Made by a program: the position numbers and the translations under genes. Under the pieces are notes generated by a model. That model had not been told where the DNA came from. It ran no database searches and saw nothing but the letters and a program-made list of their open reading frames with translations. This document shows positions 1-9,669 of a DNA stretch of 64,000 nucleotides, one piece after another (position 1 is the stretch's first letter; each line of letters begins with the position of its first letter). Source of the DNA: Veillonellales bacterium (lineage in GTDB: Bacteria; Bacillota; Negativicutes; JAAYSF01); contig JBDKTO010000117.1 in the NCBI GenBank assembly GCA_039680175.1, forward strand, positions 47,278-111,277, read 5' to 3'.

Positions 1-592
1 ACATCAATTAAGAAATTATGTTCCATAATGGTAAAAGCCGACATGGAGCGTGCGCAACGAGATTTGCTGTGCAAACAGAATGGTTTTAAAGTTAGAAAGT
101 ATTCTTGACCTGTTTGGGGAATTTTAGTCAGTGGCTCAGGGGGAGAGCCACAAAGAAATCAGTGGCTCTCAATAAATCCATCAATACGGTGGACAGGTGT
201 TAATGCGTCCTTTCTCTTACGTTATAGACGCTTCCCCGCCAAATAGTAAATAGTATGATGCAAGATTCCATGAACAATTCTATCGAGGATTGCCAGAGAT
301 AGGATTTCCTGCAATTCGACGATTCCGTCCGTCTGACGCGAATGTGAACGATAGTAGTAGATGCGTTTTTATGACTCACATCAACAATCTCAATCAGATT
401 CTTGGTTTCATTGTTGCTTAAGTGAACAATAAACAACTTATTAAGGATCACTAGTTTAATCTTTTTGTATTAATCACGAGAGGGCTACGTTTTGTGCGTT
501 TAAGAAAAGTATGAACGTATATCTGATGACACTTTCGGAGGCAGTCAGGGGTACAAAGTTACAAATTTAATAATGGAAAGATTTACAAATTA

Positions 593-1915
593 GTGGTTGA
601 TATATTTTCAGCTGATGAGTCAGACTTTGATAGGGGAAATAAACACATGGTGAGTTATGCAAATATAAAAAAAACGAGTTATCATAATAAAGAGTCTCTT
701 TTATATCGGATATGTAATAGTATGGTCGCAACTAGTGCAATTATTCTCTTTTTTCTTATGATGTTTTCTCCCCGAACTAACCTGTTAGCGAAGGTGCCAT
801 TTTTACTTTTTATTTTAATTTCAAGGTCACTTATTATTATCCAAACTGGAAGAATTAAGATCAACACTAAAGTTTTTTTGTGGGCTTTGATTTATGTAAG
901 TTTCGGTGCTTTATGGGGCGCATATGGATTGGTCAATTCTAAAGAATATGCAATTGATTTTTTGCGCTTAAATATAATATGGGTAATTTTTTATATGTTT
1001 TTTGTCTTAATTATTTCAAAACCAGAACATATTAAAATGGCTCAAAAAGTTATGATTTGGGCTTCATTAGCTATAGCACTATATAATATTAATTATGTTT
1101 TATACGGTATGGGTTACTTGCATATACCTCAATTAATTGATTTAGATATGGGACAGGCAGTAGGATTACATGCTGGATATGTGCAACTTACTGCTCATAA
1201 TATAGGGAGCCTGATGTTCTTATTCCCATTTCTCTTTAGTGGAATGGCGATTACACGGGGTGGATATTTTGCGGGAGTACCTAAGTGGTTTTTGACTTTA
1301 GTATTAATCATGTGTTTGATCACAGTATTTCTATCAGGAAGAAGAATGTTGTGGTTAATAACTATAATAGCTCCATTATTATATTTTGGCATTATTGAAT
1401 TTGGAACTAAAAGTATTGCTAAGTTTAAGTTTAAACAAGTATTACCTTTGTTTATTGTAGGTATTATAATCGTTTTGGGGCAGTACTTGTTTTTTGAAAC
1501 GGGAGGATGGGACTTAGATAATTTTATAGAACGGCTTACTTTTTCTGGAGAACAGGCGCAAGGATATGATTACCGTATAAATAGTATTGACAGTTTAATG
1601 AATGATATGCGGGACTGTTTGTTTTTTGGTACAGGTGGCGGAAGCCCTGCGTTTGAGGTAACATTTATGCAGGTCTTTCACGAAACTGGAATTATAGGAT
1701 TACCTATATTTATAGGCCTTTTCCTTTGGGTTTATTTTCAGATATTTAGGCTTATAAAACAAAAAAAAGGAAACATAGAGCAAGGAATACCGTTGCTGAT
1801 AGGTGGCATTTGTTTCTTTTTAGGAATGTTTTCCAATCCGTACTATAGTTCTTTTGATTTTATGTGGAGTCTATTTTTGCCACTGGCTTATGTAAATGTA
1901 TATTTGCGGGGATGA
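593..1915 (+). CDS. O-antigen ligase/polymerase (Wzy-like) family polytopic membrane protein
   Basis: 440 aa, extremely hydrophobic with ~10+ predicted TM segments and a periplasmic-loop-like middle region. First gene of an AT-rich glycosyltransferase cluster. The family call comes from composition and context only. Confidence 0.45.
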   Translation: MVDIFSADESDFDRGNKHMVSYANIKKTSYHNKESLLYRICNSMVATSAIILFFLMMFSPRTNLLAKVPFLLFILISRSLIIIQTGRIKINTKVFLWALIYVSFGALWGAYGLVNSKEYAIDFLRLNIIWVIFYMFFVLIISKPEHIKMAQKVMIWASLAIALYNINYVLYGMGYLHIPQLIDLDMGQAVGLHAGYVQLTAHNIGSLMFLFPFLFSGMAITRGGYFAGVPKWFLTLVLIMCLITVFLSGRRMLWLITIIAPLLYFGIIEFGTKSIAKFKFKQVLPLFIVGIIIVLGQYLFFETGGWDLDNFIERLTFSGEQAQGYDYRINSIDSLMNDMRDCLFFGTGGGSPAFEVTFMQVFHETGIIGLPIFIGLFLWVYFQIFRLIKQKKGNIEQGIPLLIGGICFFLGMFSNPYYSSFDFMWSLFLPLAYVNVYLRG

Positions 1916-2008
1916 AGTCGTTTTTGCTGTAGAAAAAGTATCCGTATGGTTTGCGACAACTCTCTTGACAGCTACCGAAGGGGATCATGATATAGGAGTA
2001 TTAGAATT

Positions 2009-2899
2009 ATGAGAATGGATAATTGGCAATTAAAGCGTGAGTCAGTGTGCGCTATTATAATCTCTTATGATGGTGGAAATACAATTATTGAAACTATAAA
2101 TGCAATTAGAGATCAAGTTGACTATATAATAATCATAGATAATAATTCTAATACTTGGACTAAGGAAGTTTTAAGATTATTTTCTGATGATGAAAATATT
2201 GAAATAATTTATAATAGTGATAATTTTGGAATTGCATACGCATTAAACCAAGGAGTTTTATTTTCTTATCAACGTGGTTTTAAATGGGTGCTAACAATGG
2301 ATCAAGATAGCATAGCCGAGGAAAACATGGTTTCTGAAATGCTAAATTGTGCATTGATTTGCCAAGATAACGTAGTTTCTATATCGCCTACCATTGTATG
2401 TAATGACGAAAAATCAAGCGAGTTCTTTATGACGATGTCCCCAAAATATGAAGAACGATTAACGGTTATAACTTCTGGGAACTTGGTTAAAACGAAGATG
2501 TATGAAATGATTGGTGGTTATAATGAGAATTTATTTATTGATTCTGTAGATTTCGACTTCTGTTTGCGTTTGCAAAAGAGTGGGTATAAAATAGCAAGAT
2601 GTACTACTGCACGGTTATTCCATTCATTAGGAAGAACTGAAAAGATGAATATACTGGGCATAAACATATCAATAATTGTTCATTCACCACTAAGAAAGTA
2701 TTATATTATGCGTAATCATATATATATGCTTAAAAGATATTTTGTATCATTTCCTATATTTTGTATAAAACAGCATATTGGTGTTCTGTTTTTGATAATT
2801 AAAATTATACTTTTCGAAAAAGCAAAAATGCAAAGTTTGAAATATATATTTATAGGTTTATTCCATGGTTTAAATAATAGATACGGTATTTATAGATAA
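2009..2899 (+). CDS. Glycosyltransferase family 2 (rhamnosyltransferase-like)
   Basis: N-terminal GT-A fold signature (IIIDNNS, DQD-type acidic motif, TMDQD). 296 aa. Lies in the polysaccharide cluster. Confidence 0.6.
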   Translation: MRMDNWQLKRESVCAIIISYDGGNTIIETINAIRDQVDYIIIIDNNSNTWTKEVLRLFSDDENIEIIYNSDNFGIAYALNQGVLFSYQRGFKWVLTMDQDSIAEENMVSEMLNCALICQDNVVSISPTIVCNDEKSSEFFMTMSPKYEERLTVITSGNLVKTKMYEMIGGYNENLFIDSVDFDFCLRLQKSGYKIARCTTARLFHSLGRTEKMNILGINISIIVHSPLRKYYIMRNHIYMLKRYFVSFPIFCIKQHIGVLFLIIKIILFEKAKMQSLKYIFIGLFHGLNNRYGIYR

Positions 2900-2918
2900 A
2901 TATATTGGAGAAAACATA

Positions 2919-3731
2919 ATGAAAAATTATTACTTTATTTGTGTTAATTTTAATAATGCACATTTTACGATAAAGTTTGTTGAAAGCATTAATCGTTTAA
3001 AAATCAATTCTGGTAATATTCATATTATTATAGTTGATAATGATTCTACAGAAGAGGATTATAAAAATTTAGTTGAATCATTTGAATCAGTCAATAATAT
3101 CAATTTGTTAAGAAATAAAGAAAATGTTGGATATTTTAAAGCACTAAACATTGGTATTTGCAGTGTTGATGATAAAGATAATAGTTTTTTTATCATTGGT
3201 AATAATGATATCCAGTTTAAGGATGATTTTCTTATTAAGTTAGACCAAATTGTATACAATAATGATGTTTTAGCAATAGCGCCAAATATAATAACAGCAA
3301 ATGGTTATCATCAAAACCCACACTGTGTTACCAGAGTATCAACTTTCAGGAAAATGGCTTATCGACTATATTTTACTAATTATTATTTAGGACGGTTTTT
3401 GTATTGGTTAGCTACAAAGCACAAAAAAATAAAAGGGAATAAGGACAATGCATTGTATGACAAGCATTGCTATATCTATATGGGAATAGGTGCGAGTTAT
3501 GTTTTAACAGAACATTTCTTTAAGTTTTATACGAAACTTGACGACCGAGTGTTCTTGTGGGGAGAGGAAGCGCTACTCGCAGGTCAATTAAGTGCCGTAG
3601 GAGGGAAGTTACTTTATAATCCTAATATAATTGTATATCATGCTGAAAATAGTAGCGTAAAAAAAATACCGTCTAGAGAGACATATGAAATTACTAGAAA
3701 ATCTTATAAAATTTATTCTAAGTATTTGTAG
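2919..3731 (+). CDS. Glycosyltransferase family 2
   Basis: IIVDNDS and GNND-type motifs typical of GT-A enzymes. 270 aa. Tightly packed in the same cluster. Confidence 0.55.
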   Translation: MKNYYFICVNFNNAHFTIKFVESINRLKINSGNIHIIIVDNDSTEEDYKNLVESFESVNNINLLRNKENVGYFKALNIGICSVDDKDNSFFIIGNNDIQFKDDFLIKLDQIVYNNDVLAIAPNIITANGYHQNPHCVTRVSTFRKMAYRLYFTNYYLGRFLYWLATKHKKIKGNKDNALYDKHCYIYMGIGASYVLTEHFFKFYTKLDDRVFLWGEEALLAGQLSAVGGKLLYNPNIIVYHAENSSVKKIPSRETYEITRKSYKIYSKYL

Positions 3732-3761
3732 TGTATTGACGAGGGGTGGAACCAAACAGTA

Positions 3762-4628
3762 ATGAGAATTTTGATTACAGCTAAAAAAAGCTATGTTGGT
3801 TTGAGTTTGAAAACATGGTTAGGACAATGGCCTAACAAATATAGAGTCGATACGATGTCCTCACGAAATGACGAATGGCGTAATATAGACTTTTCTCAAT
3901 ATGATGTGCTTTTTCATGTAGCCGCTTTTGTGCATAAAAAAGAAGAAGCGAAAATGGAAGGGAATTATTATAAAGTCAACAGAGATTTAACGATTAGTCT
4001 TGCGAGAAAAGCCAAACAATCTGGGGTAAAACAATTTATTTTTATGAGTACTGTAGCCGTATATGGACTTGTTGGTAAAGTCAAGGAAAATATTGTGATA
4101 AATAAAGATACACCTTGTTTGCCAACTACTTTTTATGGAAAAAGCAAATTGCAAGCAGAAAAGGAGCTAGAAAAATTAAATGACAAATGTTTCCATGTGG
4201 CGATTATTAGATCTCCAATGATTTATGGACCAAATTGTCCAGGGAATTATAATCGTTTAAAAAAGTTTGTGATGCATGTTCCTGTATTTCCGCAAATAAA
4301 CAATCAAAGAAGTATGATTTTTATAGATAATTTATCAGAATTTATTAGGTTATTAGTGATTAATAATGAATATGGATTATTTTTTCCCCAAAATAAAGAG
4401 TATGTAAATACTTCTGAAATGGTGAGGTTAATAATGCAAGAAAAATCAAAAAGAATATATTTCTCTAGAATAATAGCTTTTGGAATGAACATTGAAAAGT
4501 ACATAAGTATATGGAATAAAGTCTTTGGTAATTTAGTTATTGATCATCAATTATCATCCTATAAAAATGTAGAATATTGCGTTGCTGATTTTGAGCAATC
4601 TATAAAGATTTGCGAAACTAAACTATAA
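3762..4628 (+). CDS. NAD-dependent epimerase/dehydratase family protein (short-chain, CapN-like)
   Basis: Rossmann-like N-terminus and a YGKSK catalytic YxxxK motif. 288 aa. Adjacent to the L-FucNAc genes. Confidence 0.5.
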   Translation: MRILITAKKSYVGLSLKTWLGQWPNKYRVDTMSSRNDEWRNIDFSQYDVLFHVAAFVHKKEEAKMEGNYYKVNRDLTISLARKAKQSGVKQFIFMSTVAVYGLVGKVKENIVINKDTPCLPTTFYGKSKLQAEKELEKLNDKCFHVAIIRSPMIYGPNCPGNYNRLKKFVMHVPVFPQINNQRSMIFIDNLSEFIRLLVINNEYGLFFPQNKEYVNTSEMVRLIMQEKSKRIYFSRIIAFGMNIEKYISIWNKVFGNLVIDHQLSSYKNVEYCVADFEQSIKICETKL

Positions 4629-4643
4629 AAATTAGGTGCTAAT

Positions 4644-5894
4644 GTGAAAAAAGATATATTGATAATGTGTCAATATTTTTATCCGGAATATGTTTCGTCT
4701 GCTACTTTACCTACGGAGTTGGCGGAGGATTTAGTTATGGATGGATTAACGGTAGATGTATTATGTGGTTATCCTAAAGAATACTATGATGGTAAAAATA
4801 TACCTAGAAATGAACGATATAACGGTATAAATATACATAGGGTTAAATATACTCGATTTAACAATAAAAATAAGATTGGCCGCATAACCAACTTCTGCTC
4901 TTTTTTTATTGCAATATTAATGAGATCTTTTAACTTATTTAAATATAAATGCATTTTAGTATATTCTAATCCTCCATTATTGCCGTTAATACCATATGTT
5001 GTTTCTCGTCTTTCTAAAGTGAAATTTGTTTTTGTAGCATTTGATTTATATCCAGATAATGCTCTGGTCATGCGGGCAATAAAAAAAGGCGGCATAATTG
5101 AAAAAATAATGCATTTTATCAATAAAAAAGTCTACAAATATGCTGATAGTGTAGTTGCCATTGGTACTGAGATGAAACAGTATATGATAAGTCATGGAAT
5201 TGCTATTAATCCAGAAATAATTAATATTATTCCAAACTGGTACAGCGAAGAGAAACTTTCAAGCCCAATTCTTATCAGCGATGAATTTAGAAGATTAAGG
5301 GAAAAATGGCCTTTTATCGTATTATACAGTGGAAATATGGGCGCTTGCCAGGATATGGAAACCATTTTAAAAACTGTGTCTCGGTTTAAGAATAATGAAA
5401 ATATTTTTTTTATATTTACTGGTCATGGAAACAAATTGGAATATGTTAAGAGATATATAAATATCAATGGCATAAATAATGCAAAGGTATATGGCTTCTT
5501 ATTAGGAACTGACTATAGTGATGTATTAAATATTGCAGATGTTTGTTTGGTGAGTCTTGAAAAGGGCATTGAGGGTCTAGGTGTTCCAAGCAAAACATAT
5601 GGATATTTCGCTGCCGGGAAGCCAGTATTAGCGATAATGTCATATGAAACTGATATAGTTAAGAATTTGAATGAATATAACGCAGGTGGAAGTGTTCTAC
5701 AAACGGATGTTGATGGTTTTGAAAATTTAATTTGGAGATTCATGGAAAATAAAGAACTAGTTAGAATATGTGGAGAAAACGCAAAGGCCGTATTCCATGC
5801 TTTATATGATAGACAAATATGTACAGATATGTATTATAAATTAATTACGAGAATAATTAATGAGACAGAGGAAGGTGACATAAGAGATGTTTAA
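4644..5894 (+). CDS. Glycosyltransferase family 4 (WbuB-like putative L-FucNAc transferase)
   Basis: 416 aa GT-B fold with a C-terminal EX7E-like region. GTG start. Located immediately upstream of fnlABC, as in L-FucNAc O-antigen and capsule loci. Confidence 0.55.
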   Translation: MKKDILIMCQYFYPEYVSSATLPTELAEDLVMDGLTVDVLCGYPKEYYDGKNIPRNERYNGINIHRVKYTRFNNKNKIGRITNFCSFFIAILMRSFNLFKYKCILVYSNPPLLPLIPYVVSRLSKVKFVFVAFDLYPDNALVMRAIKKGGIIEKIMHFINKKVYKYADSVVAIGTEMKQYMISHGIAINPEIINIIPNWYSEEKLSSPILISDEFRRLREKWPFIVLYSGNMGACQDMETILKTVSRFKNNENIFFIFTGHGNKLEYVKRYININGINNAKVYGFLLGTDYSDVLNIADVCLVSLEKGIEGLGVPSKTYGYFAAGKPVLAIMSYETDIVKNLNEYNAGGSVLQTDVDGFENLIWRFMENKELVRICGENAKAVFHALYDRQICTDMYYKLITRIINETEEGDIRDV

Positions 5895-6933
5895 AGATAA
5901 AACACTACTAATCACAGGCGGTACCGGTTCCTTCGGACATGCTGTAATGAAAAGATTCATCAATACAAAAATTAAAGAGATCCGCATCTTTTCTAGAGAT
6001 GAAAAAAAACAAGATGATATGAGAAAGCAATATAAAAATGACAAACTGAAATTTTATATAGGGGATGTAAGGGATATAGCCAGTGTAAAAAATGCTATGC
6101 ATGGTGTGGATTACATATTCCATGCAGCTGCGTTAAAGCAGGTGCCATCATGTGAATTCTTCCCTCTGGAAGCGGTCAAAACTAATGTATTGGGCACTGA
6201 CAATGTGCTTACAGCGGCGATTGAATGCGGAGTAAAAAAAGTAATATGTCTTTCAACAGATAAAGCTGCTTATCCTATCAATGCTATGGGAATTTCTAAA
6301 GCCATGATGGAGAAAGTTTTTGTGGCAAAGGCAAGAACAGTGTCACCGGATAAAACTCTTATTTGCGGTACCCGATATGGAAATGTAATGGCATCGCGTG
6401 GTTCGGTTATCCCGCTTTTTATCGAACAAATAAAAAACGGACAACCTCTGACGGTGACGGATCCGAATATGACTCGATTCCTGATGAGTCTTGAAGAGGC
6501 TGTAGAACTGGTAGTTTTTGCATTTGAACATGCAGAAGCTGGGGATATTATGGTGCAAAAATCGCCGGCATCTACTATCGGCGATTTAGCACAAGCAATA
6601 AAAGAGTTATTTCATGCAGATAATGAAATTAAAATTATTGGCACTCGTCATGGCGAAAAGCTATATGAAACTCTTCTTACCAAGGAAGAATATATCCGCG
6701 CTGAAGATTTGGGTGGATTTTTTAGAGTGCCTGCCGATAAAAGAGATCTTAATTATGATAAGTACTTTGTTGAGGGAAATCAAAAACTGTCTACTGAGCA
6801 AGAATACAATTCACATACTACTCAAATTCTGAACGTGGCGCAGATTAAAGAGAAATTGTTAGAGCTAGATTATGTAAAAGAAGAATTAGAAATAATATCT
6901 GTGATAAATGAAGCTGCTGCAACTAAAAAATAG
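5887..6933 (+). CDS. fnlA: UDP-N-acetylglucosamine 4,6-dehydratase/5-epimerase (FnlA/CapE/WbjB)
   Basis: The N-terminus MFKDKTLLITGGTGSFG is the hallmark of the CapE/FnlA family. An extended SDR fold follows, with the YxxxK region (GISKAMMEK). 348 aa. Confidence 0.85.
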   Translation: MFKDKTLLITGGTGSFGHAVMKRFINTKIKEIRIFSRDEKKQDDMRKQYKNDKLKFYIGDVRDIASVKNAMHGVDYIFHAAALKQVPSCEFFPLEAVKTNVLGTDNVLTAAIECGVKKVICLSTDKAAYPINAMGISKAMMEKVFVAKARTVSPDKTLICGTRYGNVMASRGSVIPLFIEQIKNGQPLTVTDPNMTRFLMSLEEAVELVVFAFEHAEAGDIMVQKSPASTIGDLAQAIKELFHADNEIKIIGTRHGEKLYETLLTKEEYIRAEDLGGFFRVPADKRDLNYDKYFVEGNQKLSTEQEYNSHTTQILNVAQIKEKLLELDYVKEELEIISVINEAAATKK

Positions 6934-6966
6934 CTCAAATCATAATTAGAAAGGAATTGGCAGAAC

Positions 6967-8076
6967 ATGCAGATATTAGTTACCGGGGCGAAAGGTTTTG
7001 TTGGTAAGAATCTTATAGTTGAATTAAAGAATAAAGGCTATACGGATATTTTTGAGTTTGATATAGATACTGAAAAAAATTTTCTCGAGGAGTACACTAA
7101 AAAATGCGAATTTGTCTTCCATTTAGCTGGTGTGAATAGACCCATAGATGAAAAAGAGTTTATGAAAGGCAATTTTGGGTTTACATCTGACCTATTAGAA
7201 TTACTGAAAAAGCATCAGAATAAAGCACCGATACTGATTACTTCATCCATTCAAGCGGAAAAAGATAATCCATATGGCAGGAGTAAGAAAGCCGGAGAAG
7301 ATTTATTGCTACAATATAGTAAAGAAACAGGTGCTAAGGTATTAGTGTATAGACTTCCGAACTTATTTGGTAAGTGGAGTAAACCTAACTATAATACAGT
7401 GGTAGCAACCTATTGCCATAATATTGCAAGAGATTTAGATATACAAATTCATAATCCTGAGGCGGAACTTACTTTATGCTATATTGATGATGTGTTAGAT
7501 GAATTTATAAGAGCATTAGAAGGTAAGGCAACGGCTAGAGATGGATATTGTTTTGTACCTGTTCAGCATCATATAAAGCTCGGAGAATTAGCAGAAAAAA
7601 TAAGAAGTTTTAAGCAAACGAGAATAGACTTAAATATTCCCAATATGCAAGATGAACTCACAAAAAAGCTATATAGTACCTATTTAAGTTTTTTACCGGA
7701 AACGGAGTTTTCTTATGAATTAAAAATGAATTGCGATCATCGGGGTTCTTTTACCGAATTTATTCGGACGACTGATAGAGGGCAAGTTTCCATTAATGTT
7801 TCAAAGCCTGGAATTACAAAGGGGAATCATTGGCATCATACCAAAAATGAAAAATTTATGGTAGTTAGTGGCAACGGGCTTATTAGATTTAGAAAAATAA
7901 ATTCACAAGAAATAATAGAATATAGAGTTAGCGGTGAAAAGTTAGAAGTTGTAGATATTCCAACGGGTTATACCCATTCCATTGTTAATGTTGGCAGCTG
8001 TGATTTAGTGACGATTATGTGGGCGAATGAATGCTTTAATAAAGATAGACCGGACACATACTATTTGGAGGTTTAG
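6967..8076 (+). CDS. fnlB: Bifunctional reductase/epimerase of UDP-L-FucNAc synthesis (FnlB/CapF/WbjC)
   Basis: 369 aa. N-terminal Rossmann fold (VTGAKGFVGKNL) plus a C-terminal cupin-like domain, matching CapF architecture. Lies between the fnlA-like and fnlC-like genes. Confidence 0.75.
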   Translation: MQILVTGAKGFVGKNLIVELKNKGYTDIFEFDIDTEKNFLEEYTKKCEFVFHLAGVNRPIDEKEFMKGNFGFTSDLLELLKKHQNKAPILITSSIQAEKDNPYGRSKKAGEDLLLQYSKETGAKVLVYRLPNLFGKWSKPNYNTVVATYCHNIARDLDIQIHNPEAELTLCYIDDVLDEFIRALEGKATARDGYCFVPVQHHIKLGELAEKIRSFKQTRIDLNIPNMQDELTKKLYSTYLSFLPETEFSYELKMNCDHRGSFTEFIRTTDRGQVSINVSKPGITKGNHWHHTKNEKFMVVSGNGLIRFRKINSQEIIEYRVSGEKLEVVDIPTGYTHSIVNVGSCDLVTIMWANECFNKDRPDTYYLEV

Positions 8077-8078
8077 AA

Positions 8079-9209
8079 TTGATGAATAAAATGAGGGTAA
8101 TGACTATAGTTGGGACACGACCTGAAATAATCAGGTTATCTGAGGTTATTCGAGCTTGTGATAGATACTTTGATCATATTTTAGTACACACGGGACAGAA
8201 CTGGGACTATAGTTTGAATGATGTATTTTTTAAAGAGCTTGAATTAAGAGAGCCAGATCATTATCTAAATGCCGTTGGAGAGCATTTGGGTGATACTATG
8301 GGCAATATTATTGGGAAGTCCTATGAAATACTATCAAAAGAAAAGCCGGATGCTTTACTTATTCTCGGGGATACAAATTCTGCGCTAAGTGCAATATCAG
8401 CTAAACGTCTAAAAATACCAATATTTCATATGGAAGCAGGCAATCGGTGTTTTGATCAAAACGTACCTGAAGAAATAAATAGAAAGATTGTGGATCATAT
8501 ATCGGATGTTAACTTACCATATACGGAACATAGCAGAAGATATTTACTATCCGAAGGTATAAGAAAAGAGCATATTTATGTTACAGGTTCACCTATGACT
8601 GAAGTATTACACAAGAATATGCATAAGATAGAGCAGAGTAAAATATTAAAAGAACTTGGCTTAGAAACAGGTGAATATATTTTAGTTTCTGCCCATAGAG
8701 AGGAAAATATTGATAATGAGAAAAATTTTTTCTCACTAATGAATGCTATTAATGAGATCGCTGAGAAATATCAAATGCCGGTAATTTATTCTACTCACCC
8801 AAGAAGCAAAAACACGATTGAAAAAAGAAGGTTTAAATTCCATCCTTTAGTTAGAAATCTAAAACCCTTTGGTTTTTTTGATTATAATCAACTTCAGGTT
8901 AATGCTTATTGTGTTCTTTCTGATAGCGGAACAGTTCCTGAAGAAGCGTCAATATTAGGGTTCCCTGCTGTATCCATTAGAACTTCCACAGAACGCCCGG
9001 AAGCATTGGATAAAGGGGCAATTATTCTTGGCGGAATAAAGAAAGAGGATGTATTACAGTCAGTTGAACTATGTAGAAGTATGTGGGAAAACAAGGAGCA
9101 AGTTCTCCCGGTCACAGACTATATAGATACTAATGTGTCAGTAAAGGTAATCAAAATAATTCAAAGCTATACAAAGATAGTGAATAGAGTAATATGGGCA
9201 AAAGAATAA
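8079..9209 (+). CDS. fnlC: UDP-N-acetylglucosamine 2-epimerase, non-hydrolysing (FnlC/CapG/WbjD)
   Basis: N-terminal MTIVGTRPEIIRL and the overall 376-aa length are typical of the WecB/CapG family. It completes the three-gene L-FucNAc pathway. Confidence 0.8.
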   Translation: MMNKMRVMTIVGTRPEIIRLSEVIRACDRYFDHILVHTGQNWDYSLNDVFFKELELREPDHYLNAVGEHLGDTMGNIIGKSYEILSKEKPDALLILGDTNSALSAISAKRLKIPIFHMEAGNRCFDQNVPEEINRKIVDHISDVNLPYTEHSRRYLLSEGIRKEHIYVTGSPMTEVLHKNMHKIEQSKILKELGLETGEYILVSAHREENIDNEKNFFSLMNAINEIAEKYQMPVIYSTHPRSKNTIEKRRFKFHPLVRNLKPFGFFDYNQLQVNAYCVLSDSGTVPEEASILGFPAVSIRTSTERPEALDKGAIILGGIKKEDVLQSVELCRSMWENKEQVLPVTDYIDTNVSVKVIKIIQSYTKIVNRVIWAKE

Positions 9210-9447
9210 GCTTATCTGAGGGTTTTGTATTATTCGCGGAGTGGGTTTATCCCGATGTAGCCGCTAACTTCCTTTGACCATGCCGTGTTCAGCGGTTTTG
9301 TCCATCACAGGCTAAAATTGCTCTCTTGCATTGTCACTTACCCCGGTATATAATTCCCAGTAAATAACTGGTGCCGGGGTGAAATAGTAAAGCCACGCTG
9401 CGAGTGCCCTGAATAAGTTCTCGTAACGTGGCTGACTACAAATAACA

Positions 9448-9588
9448 ATGGTCATACTATCACGTTATGAGATAAAGTTCAATCCAAATCACATATTTTT
9501 TGTTACCAGTAAGGATTTTCCCATCTGCCCTTGTTGCGGTAAAACGCTTTCCGGCTATGACCATCATCCTCGCATGGCTCGGCTCTGA
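9448..9588 (+). other. Small ORF with a CPCCG-type zinc-ribbon motif; possible remnant of a transposase N-terminus (coordinates approximate)
   Basis: 46-codon ORF MVILSRYEIKFNPNHIFFVTSKDFPICPCCGKTLSGYDHHPRMARL at the start of the repeat junkyard. The family is not identified. Confidence 0.2.
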
Positions 9589-9669
9589 TGTGGTATCAAG
9601 GTTCAGTTTCTTGCGGAAGCAGTGGGACGCTCATTTTGCTCCGTCTATGATAAGATATTTATCAGGCTG

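Noticed and set aside
200-451. 83-aa minus-strand ORF at the window start
   Set aside because: It sits in an AT-rich non-coding leader and has no RBS or motif. It is probably spurious.
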